Below are positions 8,582 through 16,270 of a stretch of DNA of 23,803 bases, in pieces. Under the pieces are notes generated by a model. The model had not been told where the DNA came from. It saw nothing but the letters and a program-made list of their open reading frames with translations, and searched no databases. Source of the stretch: a virus. Taxonomy: Duplodnaviria > Heunggongvirae > Uroviricota > Caudoviricetes. Each line of letters opens with the position of its first letter. Position 1 is the stretch's first letter. The stretch covers positions 1-23,803 of the IMG/VR virus record IMGVR_UViG_2563366943_000008; one strand, 5' to 3'. The translations under genes were made by a program, and so were the position numbers.

Positions 8582-8863
8582 ATGATAAGGGACAGGAAAG
8601 CTGAAGAGCTGGAGTCAAAAGGGCTATACCGGAGAGCTGCCGCACGATGGATGGAAGTCATGCTGTTATGCACCGAGGACGATGATCGGGAATGGATAAA
8701 GCGCCGCCGTGAAACGTGTCTGGAGAACGTGAAGCGCCCGCCCGTGAAGGTTGAGGAATTTGGCGACCTGCATAAAGCTGTTACCGAAACGCAACACCGC
8801 ATGGGGATAGCGCAACCGAACGGTAACGCCTTCCGGTTAAATGGCGGCAAGAGGCAAAGGTAG
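8582..8863 (+). CDS. small transcription-activator-like protein (PerC-family-like, tentative)
   Basis: 93-aa ORF MIRDRKAEELESKGLYRRAAARWMEVM. The N-terminal motif resembles PerC/Pch-type prophage regulators as recalled from memory. Directly downstream of the iteron region. Confidence 0.45.
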   Translation: MIRDRKAEELESKGLYRRAAARWMEVMLLCTEDDDREWIKRRRETCLENVKRPPVKVEEFGDLHKAVTETQHRMGIAQPNGNAFRLNGGKRQR

Positions 8864-8888
8864 ACCACCAGAGGGAAATCATCCTCTG

Positions 8889-8934
8889 GCTGGCGGTTTC
8901 TGGTATTTCGGGACAAGTACGCGCGCGCGTAGCA
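8889..8934. repeat. dispersed repeat with alternating CG core (copy B)
   Basis: CTGGCGGTTTCTGGTATTTCGGGACAAGTACGCGCGCGCGTAGCA. Same orientation as copy A, core GACAAGTACGCGCGCG(CG)TAGCA identical apart from one extra CG unit. Confidence 0.6.
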
Positions 8935-9160
8935 CCCAATCGGTGAGGAAATAGCGGCGACCTGAATGGTCAAAATCACAACGCAGCTATCCCCGTAAGC
9001 AGCGCTTAACGGAATAGCAGTAACCTGAATCCAGTGGGGAGGGGGTAGTCAAATCTCTACAGCCCTGACTATCCGGGACTGCCCGCCCCATCGTTTTTTT
9101 ATACCCGCGAAAAATGAAATTTAATCCGGGCGTGTTTCATTCTTCCAGAGGGTATGACGT

Positions 9161-9346
9161 ATGACACCACGCGAAATAGCCTTATTGACCATCGCCAAAC
9201 TTGAGCACGGAGGCCACCAGCTTACACAGGCAGATCAACGGGAGATAGAACGATCAGTTAATGCCGATATAGCCCGGCGCGACAGGTTCCGCGAAATGAT
9301 GCGAGCACCTGCCTACCAGTGGAAGAAGCCAGCGCCGCGCAGGTAG
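9161..9346 (+). CDS. hypothetical small protein (61 aa)
   Basis: ORF with a GAGGG Shine-Dalgarno-like sequence upstream; no recognisable motif. Confidence 0.3.
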   Translation: MTPREIALLTIAKLEHGGHQLTQADQREIERSVNADIARRDRFREMMRAPAYQWKKPAPRR

Positions 9347-9466
9347 ATATGGGATTATTCCACATGTAACTTATGCGTATTAAGCAAATTTCCTTTATTC
9401 ACCTTTACAGAATTGTGAGTACGTCAGTATCGTTATCCTTCCGATTCGCATTTATTCAGGATTTGC

Positions 9467-10009
9467 ATGTACCAGCTAAAGATAACCATCCGAGACAGCA
9501 AACCACCTATATGGCGGCGTGTGCTGGTTCCAGAGCAAATCCCCTTTAGTAAACTTCATGCCGTGATCCAGTTAGCTTTTGGCTGGAATGACGAACACCT
9601 GTATATGTTCGAGAAAGGGCGTAAAGGTGATCCAGGTAGCGAGTATCGCGTATGGGGTGAGGATGAAAGCATGGGTAACGCGGCAATCACGCCACTATGG
9701 GCGGCGCTCCAGAATGAGGGTGACAAGCTGGTTTACACGTATGACTTTGGCGACTGGTGGGATTGCGTCATTGTGCTGGAGAAGCAAACACACGATACGA
9801 GTAATCAGCCCATTAGCTGCCTGCGTGGGAAAGGCACCACCCCGGCGGAAAACTCAGGCGGCTTGCATGGTTACAATGAATTGCTATTACAGGCCAGAGA
9901 GTCTGATAATCCTGAGCAGGCCGAGATCCACAATTTCCTGATGCTGGATATTGAACGCCGGGTTTACGACCTGAGCCGCATCAACGACAGATTGCAGGCT
10001 ATTAACTGA
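9467..10009 (+). CDS. pRiA4b ORF-3-like family protein (tentative)
   Basis: 180-aa ORF containing YTYDFGDWWDCVI, which resembles the YxYDFGDxWxHxI signature I recall for the plasmid pRiA4b ORF-3-like domain. Confidence 0.45.
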   Translation: MYQLKITIRDSKPPIWRRVLVPEQIPFSKLHAVIQLAFGWNDEHLYMFEKGRKGDPGSEYRVWGEDESMGNAAITPLWAALQNEGDKLVYTYDFGDWWDCVIVLEKQTHDTSNQPISCLRGKGTTPAENSGGLHGYNELLLQARESDNPEQAEIHNFLMLDIERRVYDLSRINDRLQAIN

Positions 10010-10361
10010 CCCGCATGTATTCACCTGATATTGCGTTGTCAGCGCCGCCAGTATCGCGCATAACAGCGCACTGACCGGGTAAACCGTAGCGCACGACCGT
10101 TGCGTTAGTATCACCGCCGCGCCGTATCTGGCGCGATTCATACACTGTCACCCGCTCAAGCAGTCCACCAGCAACCATGCTTTCCAGTGTGCGCCGGGTT
10201 GATTCGAGCTGGTGACGCTTATCGAACGACACCATGCCATGAAGCAGGTAGGCCACACCCGACACATCGAACGGCGGCGCACCAATCTCACCAGTCACCC
10301 ATTCGAGGTTATCCGGTTCAAAGTAGCTAAGTATCTCTTTTTTGCGGCTGGTCATTCTCAT
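10002..10361 (-). CDS. hypothetical protein (119 aa)
   Basis: ORF convergent with and overlapping the 3' end of the 9467-10009 gene by 8 bp; AAGGA-like Shine-Dalgarno upstream of the ATG at 10361. Function unknown. Confidence 0.35.
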   Translation of the reverse strand: MRMTSRKKEILSYFEPDNLEWVTGEIGAPPFDVSGVAYLLHGMVSFDKRHQLESTRRTLESMVAGGLLERVTVYESRQIRRGGDTNATVVRYGLPGQCAVMRDTGGADNAISGEYMRVS

Positions 10362-10480
10362 GGCTGGCTGATTCCTTATTGTGGGATAGCACTATCATAC
10401 AATAAGTGGGTTAAAGGGAGAGCGTTACCGCCTGATATGCTGTATGAATAACAACCAAATTTCAGGGGCGGAAAAAGATA

Positions 10481-10501
10481 TGGGGGTACTTTTGGGGGTA
10501 T
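10481..10501. repeat. second copy of the TGGGGGTAC-N3-TGGGGGTAT motif pair
   Basis: TGGGGGTACTTTTGGGGGTAT at 10481-10501 versus TGGGGGTACTTATGGGGGTAT at 1558-1578: same orientation, one mismatch. Confidence 0.7.
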
Positions 10502-10562
10502 CTATAAAAAATGAACAATAAAAAAGGCAACAAAAACAAAGCTTATCGCCTATGTGTATTGT

Positions 10563-10582
10563 TCCTATTATCGCACAATCAA
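10563..10582. other. degenerate direct repeat of the tRNA-Thr 3' end (candidate attR core of module 1)
   Basis: TCCTATTATCG-CAC-AATCAA aligns with tRNA 3' end TCCTATTATCGGCACCATTCAA (1428-1449): 11/11 identical, then gapped similarity. Lies about 60 bp beyond the second TGGGGGTA pair. Confidence 0.45.
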
Positions 10583-11182
10583 GAAAATCAATAACTTAGC
10601 TTAACTTCTCTAAGAAATTGTATCTTCTGTTATCACTTACAAACGCCTATACGTTGTTATGGGCTTTGGTAGTGTAACACGTATGGGCGAGTAGTTCCCA
10701 GGCTCAACCTCGTAACAAGTTCCTTTGAAGCTGGAAGACGTGCCACCGTCTCTAAACCTTCTACCAAAACTCTTAGCAAGATGTTCCACACCTGGCGCGG
10801 TGTCCAATGATGCTACACGTCGTGAGACGTTGCAGAGGATAAACAGGCTAAATGATGGGAAGAGTTTTAAGTGCAATAGTGGATCAAAGCCCACCTCTTC
10901 AAAACCTAACTTGATCGGGAAAGAATCAAGCTCTAGCACGGTTTCGTCCACCGGAGTACAACGGGTGCCTGATAAGAGAAGAACTGCTAAGACTTCATAG
11001 CTTTTGTGAAAAAGCCCTTTTAGTGGATACGCCTACGGCGCTTATTTTTTGGGGTAGCCCATCAAAGGCGCTTTATGGCTCCTATTGTCTTGAAAATGTA
11101 TCTTTACTTGTATTGTGTTTTATGCGTAGTCTCCCTGTGTAGTATGTAACTTGTTAATTTTCATATGAATACAGAGGCACAC

Positions 11183-11341
11183 GATGAAAAACATTGCAGC
11201 TATCAAACGTAATAACCGCAAGATTCACGCTCGTAAGTTCCTGTCTACGCCAGAAGGAAAAGCCTGGCTAGAGCGTAAACAGAGAGAGAACGAAGAAAGA
11301 AAACTCCTTAATGAGTTGAAATGGCTTAGAGAGGATTTCTG
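11183..11341 (+). CDS. hypothetical small basic protein (52 aa)
   Basis: ATG at 11183 with GAGG 6-9 nt upstream; translation MKNIAAIKRNNRKIHARKFLSTPEGKAWLERKQRENEERKLLNELKWLREDF. Below the ORF-track size cutoff, so found by eye. Coding status uncertain. Confidence 0.25.
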
Positions 11342-12153
11342 AAAATCTCCAGAACGCAACAGGACGCATTCTAACGCTATTTTCATTGCTTGGTATAGGG
11401 ATGTATAGGTGATGTGTGTTTAATGCGTCTGTGCGCTTGTTTTGTGCCTTATTTTGCATTTTCATAATGCAGAAGAGAACACGGAAAACCTTAAAATTAA
11501 TTATTGGGGTATTTAAGGGTATTTTCAGGTGATTTAAGGGTATTAAACTTGATTTAATTGATTAAAATATAAACAGATAGTTGTGTATCTTATTGATTTA
11601 TAAGGTTATTTTTAAATAAAGGTAAATAAAAAATAAATAGCCATAAATAGCTATAAATACATCTAAATACCTATATCCCTTCCCTTATGGCTAGATTGCG
11701 AGAGGTGCTTAACGCGATTTTCAGCGCCCCCCGATCTGGAAAATCCAGAATCCCCAAATATCAGCAAGGAATTTTCTTGCGTAATCAACATCGTTTTTAC
11801 CTATTAAATCATTACACAGAAAGCCTTTCTGTAATGTCTCTCACTAAACTTTCACTAAACACGAGAATGATCGGTTTTATGTCGGATCAGATGCTAGAAA
11901 CAGCACCACGTCTCACAAGGACTGTAAGCGATGAAACCAGTGTTTATGCGGGTGCAGGTCAAAATATAGGCCAAAATCAATTTAACATAATAAACGTAAT
12001 ATGCACTAAGGAACACATAGAACGCCTTGAGTTGATGTATCAGGGGAAAAGTGATGGATTTTTTACGTAGGAGCACGAGAGGGCTTCTGTTGACTTTTGT
12101 ATGCTATGAAACATAATTAAAGGTTTTTTTGTTTTTATTGTGTGATGTAGTGG

Positions 12154-13127
12154 ATTACACAGGGGAATAGATTAAATGGTGTTCTGTTTATACAGGTTTA
12201 TTTGTTAGATCAACAATTTGGCATTTCTAAACAGATGTTTGAACGTTGCCAAATGTCTTGACAACACAAGAAAAGGGCTTGCTATGCCACGCATTACACG
12301 AAATAAGGCTGTAAAAACAAAATAAATTTTAAAATTTGCACAAACGAGAAAACTCGTTAAGAAACAAGCAGAACAATTTTTAGCCAACAATTTCTGATGG
12401 TGCTCTGTAGGCCGCACTACACAAGGATTTGCGAAAGTGATGTAAAAGTGAAGAAAGTAAGAATTGCACTTTTAAGCTACTTTTCATTGAATTTTTAGTA
12501 TGGAATTACACAGGAATAAGTTAGGGATATTCTATGATTTACACAGGGAATATAGGGGATTATGGCACACACATAGAAAGGCATTACACAGAGTGAGTGC
12601 TATGTGATGATTGGTAGTAACGGTAGGTCATAGTGAGCTAGGGGGTAGGTCACTGTGAACTACAATAAGACTATTAATAAAACTATATTAGATTATTAAT
12701 TAGATCATAATAATAATATTCTTTATATCTATATATATGATCTTTTGCCTTCCGGCGTTAGCTTCACTCTCTGGCAAGCAGCCTTACTCCGCTACCTTTC
12801 GGGCTTCGTGGCTGGCCCGTTCCGCTCACACCGAAAGCAAAGCGTTACTTTCTTCGTGTAACTTCGTTGGCGGTAACGCCCACGAAGAAATCTATTGCGC
12901 TGTGCGCAGTAAGAGTAATCACCTAACCAATCATACTGATTGCTTATGTGTTAACTCTCTCTAACTCTTAATTACCCTCCTACATTTAATAACTCTGTTA
13001 TTCTCTGTAGTTGTGTAATTACTCGAAGAGAGAGCGGCTAAAGCTCAATTACACTCTGCTTTCCTCGTGTAATTTCACTAAGCCTCAATACAATTTCACT
13101 TCCTACATTCTGTAGTCGTGTAATTGT
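12154..13127. repeat. iteron field flanking an AT-rich tract and GC-rich core (origin-like region)
   Basis: Direct copies of (A/T)TTACACAGG(G/A)AATA at 12154, 12505, 12538 and 12583, plus variants at 12293 and 12417. Inverted copies CGTGTAA(T/C) at 12855, 13012, 13066 and 13117. 17-bp repeat TCTGTAGT(T/C)GTGTAATT at 13004 and 13110. GGTAGGTCA repeats at about 12625 and 12649. Extremely AT-rich tract at about 12660-12745. Confidence 0.5.
12745..12915. ncRNA. candidate structured RNA or single-strand initiation element (strand undetermined)
   Basis: GC-rich patch inside AT-rich DNA. Hairpin CTTCGTTGGCG-GTAA-CGCCCACGAAG (12862-12887; 10 of 11 positions pair, GNRA-type tetraloop). Hairpin CGGGC-N10-GCCCG (12800-12819). 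Long-range complementarity CTTACTCCGC (12783-12792) with GCGCAGTAAG (12904-12913). The overlapping 75-aa ORF has a non-protein-like sequence. Confidence 0.25.
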
Positions 13128-13761
13128 TTTCGGTGGAAAAGCCAGAGGCGACACCGAAAGAGAATTCTGATCTTATTAATCTTATCTATCTTAGTTAATC
13201 TTCTTACTTATCTTACTTACTTTATCTACTTTATTATTAATAATAGCTTTATAAGCTCTCTGTGTAGCTCTCTGACGCAAGAAACAGCATTCAGGAAGGG
13301 AATCACCTTAGAAAAGGTGTTCTTTGCGTCATAATGTGTTTTATGAAGGATTCAGAGGTGTTTCATAACAGGAATGTATAGAGAATACTTTAGGTAATTA
13401 AAAATAAGGGGTCTAAATGCTTCTCTAACAGCATTAAGCAGGGTAGGGAATGGAAACGCATTGCCTACATATAATAAACTCACTACAGGGCTTTACAGGG
13501 CGTTTTATAAAGCGACTCTCTGTTTTATATCTACAATCACCTTTTCATATACCTAACAAATACAAAATAAGCCCCTTAAATAAGCCTCTGGCGAGCTAAA
13601 CAGACATTACATAAGAGAATGTATTGCTTTTATCAAAACTTCGTTAGAACGCGTTTTAGAGCGTTTTAGCGGATAATGAAGAATAGCACTACACAGAAGA
13701 GCACGAATTGCTAAGACAAATTATAACATGCTGAAAAAGATCGATTTTTTCGAAAAGGGTA

Positions 13762-13790
13762 TTGACAAATGTTTCTTTATATGTAATAAT
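13762..13790 (+). promoter_or_regulatory. sigma70-like promoter upstream of the rightward small-gene array
   Basis: TTGACA at 13762-13767, 16-17 bp spacer, TAATAA(T) at 13784-13790. The -35 is embedded in GGGTATTGACA, sharing the GGGTATT motif seen elsewhere in the element. Confidence 0.4.
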
Positions 13791-13903
13791 AGGTATTAGA
13801 GGGACAGAAAAACATTCTTCTCTAAATAATCAAAATCAATGCACTTTGAAGCCGTCAGGCTTGCAAGGTGTTTTATTTCTTTTAACTGAATAAGGAGTTT
13901 TTT

Positions 13904-14092
13904 ATGAAATGGTTTACACCGGAGCACGTCGTAAAGGCATTTAAAAAAGGTGAGCTTACACGCCACCAAATAGTAATGAATCGTAATATGGCAAGGAGTC
14001 GAGGTTATCCAGAGCGAGCAGCTTGCTTCAATGAAGCACTCAAGATTATTGATGAACTAAGAAAAAATGAAAAAGAATCTGAAACAGAGTAA
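13904..14092 (+). CDS. hypothetical small protein (62 aa)
   Basis: ATG preceded by TAAGGAG Shine-Dalgarno at optimal spacing; first gene downstream of the promoter. Confidence 0.5.
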   Translation: MKWFTPEHVVKAFKKGELTRHQIVMNRNMARSRGYPERAACFNEALKIIDELRKNEKESETE

Positions 14093-14111
14093 AGAAGAGA
14101 AGGAGAAAACT

Positions 14112-14282
14112 ATGAGCGAAGCTACAGAAAAGAAAAGACAACCACGCACTTGCTTTCATATTCCTGATGAAGTATTTCAGGTGTTGTTTAAAGAAGCCAG
14201 AAGTAAACGTATCACTGTTACAGATTACATTCTTGATATGTTGAAAAGAGAGGCTGAAACACTCTCAAATAAAAGCAAGTGA
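14112..14282 (+). CDS. putative ribbon-helix-helix (CopG/Arc-like) DNA-binding protein, 56 aa
   Basis: ATG at 14112 with GAAGGAG upstream. RTCFHIPDEVFQVLFKEARSKRITVTDYILDMLK fits strand-helix-helix. The ORF track starts earlier (14067) at an upstream in-frame ATG lacking a Shine-Dalgarno. Confidence 0.5.
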   Translation: MSEATEKKRQPRTCFHIPDEVFQVLFKEARSKRITVTDYILDMLKREAETLSNKSK

Positions 14283-14335
14283 TTTTTATCACCATAGTAG
14301 CGCCATAGAGCGTGATTACATCAAGGAGATTTTTA

Positions 14336-15028
14336 ATGATTAACCAACTAACTTTTACAAAACACTATGACACGTTTGATAATATATCAAAGATTTATTC
14401 TGATAAATTCCCTCAAGGAAAAGATTTAGATCTATTACATATTGTGCTTTATTTTCGATTCCTTAGTTATCAGGAAAACAACCTTAATTGTTATGAAAGT
14501 CACGAAACATTAGCTAAGATTTTTAAGTCTTCACCATCAACAATTAAACGTAAGATAAACGATCTTAAAGAGATGGGATTATTAGAAACATCCCCACATC
14601 CTGATCCGTATATTTCATCTTTGATTTACAATGCTCTCCCTCTCACAGATGCACATATTACTCCCCCAGGAGAATCATCACTCTCTGATCTTTCTGAGGC
14701 AGAAGAAGCACAGGAACAACCTAAAGGCCATAAACAGCCTTCTTTTGATGTTCTTGATGATGATTGGGATACGCCTTTACCCTGGGAGACGGAAGAAACA
14801 CCTGTTTCATCAAGTGAAAAGGTAGCTAATGATAATGAGGAGGATGTGTTAGAGAATTTTGCCTCTCTTATCATCCAGGAGAAACACAAAAGAACAGGAG
14901 GGGCATCATTTATAGAATTTGCAAATTCACTAGCTTGTAGATACGGGCTAAAACGACCAAATGGTATTGAGGCATATTTTTCTAAGCATTACCCAAATGT
15001 ATACGAAGACTTTGATATTCCCTTTTAA
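14336..15028 (+). CDS. putative winged-helix DNA-binding protein with acidic C-terminal tail (replication-initiator / replisome-organiser-like)
   Basis: ATG at 14336 with AAGGAG 9 nt upstream (ORF track starts at 14312). N-terminal segment ETLAKIFKSSPSTIKRKINDLKEMGLLE is a typical HTH. C-terminal third is strongly acidic (DDDWDTPLPWETEETP...EEDVLENF). Confidence 0.45.
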   Translation: MINQLTFTKHYDTFDNISKIYSDKFPQGKDLDLLHIVLYFRFLSYQENNLNCYESHETLAKIFKSSPSTIKRKINDLKEMGLLETSPHPDPYISSLIYNALPLTDAHITPPGESSLSDLSEAEEAQEQPKGHKQPSFDVLDDDWDTPLPWETEETPVSSSEKVANDNEEDVLENFASLIIQEKHKRTGGASFIEFANSLACRYGLKRPNGIEAYFSKHYPNVYEDFDIPF

Positions 15029-15044
15029 AAAGTAAGGAGGACTA

Positions 15045-15323
15045 TTGATACAGTATTTAATAAAAAGCAAAGTAGACAGAATTCAGTGTAACGACACAGG
15101 AAAACGCATCTACGAAACGCTTGCTTACCTCTATAAAGGAAAGCCAACACCGCTAAAATATAGCGATGTGTTACATCGAGCAGGTTGCTCTGAGTCAGGT
15201 TTAAAATTCTGGCTGAAACAGCTATCAAATTTCGGTGTTATTGAAATGAAAGAGCTGTCTTTCTCTACATTTAATCTCAAAAGACTAGATAAAGAAATAG
15301 AATTCATCTATTCCACTCTCTAA
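15045..15323 (+). CDS. small HTH-type DNA-binding protein (92 aa)
   Basis: TTG start with very strong TAAGGAGG Shine-Dalgarno 6 nt upstream. Contains a probable HTH (YSDVLHRAGCSESGLKFWLKQL). Confidence 0.45.
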   Translation: MIQYLIKSKVDRIQCNDTGKRIYETLAYLYKGKPTPLKYSDVLHRAGCSESGLKFWLKQLSNFGVIEMKELSFSTFNLKRLDKEIEFIYSTL

Positions 15324-15455
15324 AATCTCTCTATGTAATTAAAATATAAAAGGAAAACATTATTATGATAGTAGCTATGTATTGGTTATTGTTCTTTCTC
15401 ACGTTAGAAGCATATTTCGGGGTGTTTTCCTTTAAAAGAAAAGGAAAAGTAAATT

Positions 15456-15866
15456 ATGGCAAAAAGAAAAAACAACGTTGTTAAGAAAATCGGTGATTCA
15501 GCTTCTCTTCTAAGTAAACCTAAATCTATTCTAAAACGTAAAGACTTTAAAGAGCTAGTTACGCTCACCAAGCATAATAGCGCCCCTGGCGAATGGAAAA
15601 CAGAGATCATAGAACATTCTCCCTCTGTGCCTTGTGGAGATGAATATATCGCCTTACAAGAAATCTTATCTTCAACACCTGGCGTGTTCTGGAAACCTAA
15701 AAAAAGAAAAGAGTATATCGTTGATAGCTCTGATTTACGCAAATACCAGATTTTAGGATTTGAAGATTATAATCACTACGTTGGTTATCTCGCCACAAAT
15801 GGCCTAAATAATTTAGTTCCTGAATTCCAGATTTTAGATAATGCAGATCACTATGGAGACTTTTAA
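15456..15866 (+). CDS. hypothetical basic protein (136 aa)
   Basis: ATG with AAGGAAAAG upstream. Lys/Arg-rich N-terminus. Stop codon is 1 nt before the start of the next gene. Confidence 0.5.
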   Translation: MAKRKNNVVKKIGDSASLLSKPKSILKRKDFKELVTLTKHNSAPGEWKTEIIEHSPSVPCGDEYIALQEILSSTPGVFWKPKKRKEYIVDSSDLRKYQILGFEDYNHYVGYLATNGLNNLVPEFQILDNADHYGDF

Positions 15867-15867
15867 T

Positions 15868-16206
15868 ATGAACAAAAACACGTATGACACAATTTACTCA
15901 CTAATTAATTATTATGAGGATGATTACCTCCTGCCTTTAAACCGCGCTGAACTTGAAGCATACAAAGAAAACACGCCAGCGGCACTAAATGAGGCGTTTA
16001 AACACTGGGATTTAGCTGTGAATGCCTTTGAGCACCTCTCTAAGCGTGTAGAGATGCTCTGTAAGCGCGAAAACGCATACCTGACAGCCGATCAGGTATG
16101 GGAATTATCAAACTGGATAGAAGATATTGAATCTGATGTTCGCTATGTGGGAGATGGACTTGTTGAACTAGCGCAACGCTTAGGCGCTACTATCACAGAA
16201 GAATAA
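15868..16206 (+). CDS. hypothetical acidic protein (112 aa from ATG 15868; in-frame alternative starts at 15841 and 15853)
   Basis: GGAG 9 nt upstream of ATG 15868; translationally coupled to the preceding gene. Confidence 0.45.
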   Translation: MNKNTYDTIYSLINYYEDDYLLPLNRAELEAYKENTPAALNEAFKHWDLAVNAFEHLSKRVEMLCKRENAYLTADQVWELSNWIEDIESDVRYVGDGLVELAQRLGATITEE

Positions 16207-16235
16207 AAAAAGCAACAAAAAAGTTGTAAAATATC

Positions 16236-16264
16236 TTGACATTCCATCTATTGTATGTTAATAT
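16236..16264 (+). promoter_or_regulatory. near-consensus sigma70 promoter
   Basis: TTGACA (16236-16241), 17-bp spacer, TAATAT (16259-16264). Confidence 0.5.
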
Positions 16265-16270
16265 AATTAT

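Noticed and set aside
8560-8979. 139-aa minus-strand ORF opposite the PerC-like gene
   Set aside because: Antisense to a gene with a recognisable N-terminal motif and a well-placed promoter; the translation is Ser/Arg-rich and not protein-like.
9579-10451. Alternative-frame and antisense ORFs (9579-9941, 9887-10141, 10212-10451)
   Set aside because: Overlap better-supported ORFs and lack start-site context.
11687-12964. ORFs in the AT-rich iteron region (11687-12070, 11894-12076, 12205-12417, 12737-12964)
   Set aside because: No ribosome-binding sites, translations unlike real proteins, and they overlap iterons and the GC-rich hairpin patch. The region is interpreted as non-coding.
12100-13200. 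Retron (msr/msd) or Tn7-like transposon-end interpretation of the direct and inverted repeat arrays with a structured centre
   Set aside because: No reverse transcriptase gene and no transposase or TnsB-like gene nearby; the repeats are more heterogeneous than transposon end sites. An origin-like interpretation fits better, but remains unproven.
14626-15742. Antisense and alternative-frame ORFs in the small-gene array (14626-14889, 14631-14825, 15025-15228, 15404-15742)
   Set aside because: They conflict with same-region ORFs that have strong Shine-Dalgarno sequences and tight operon spacing.
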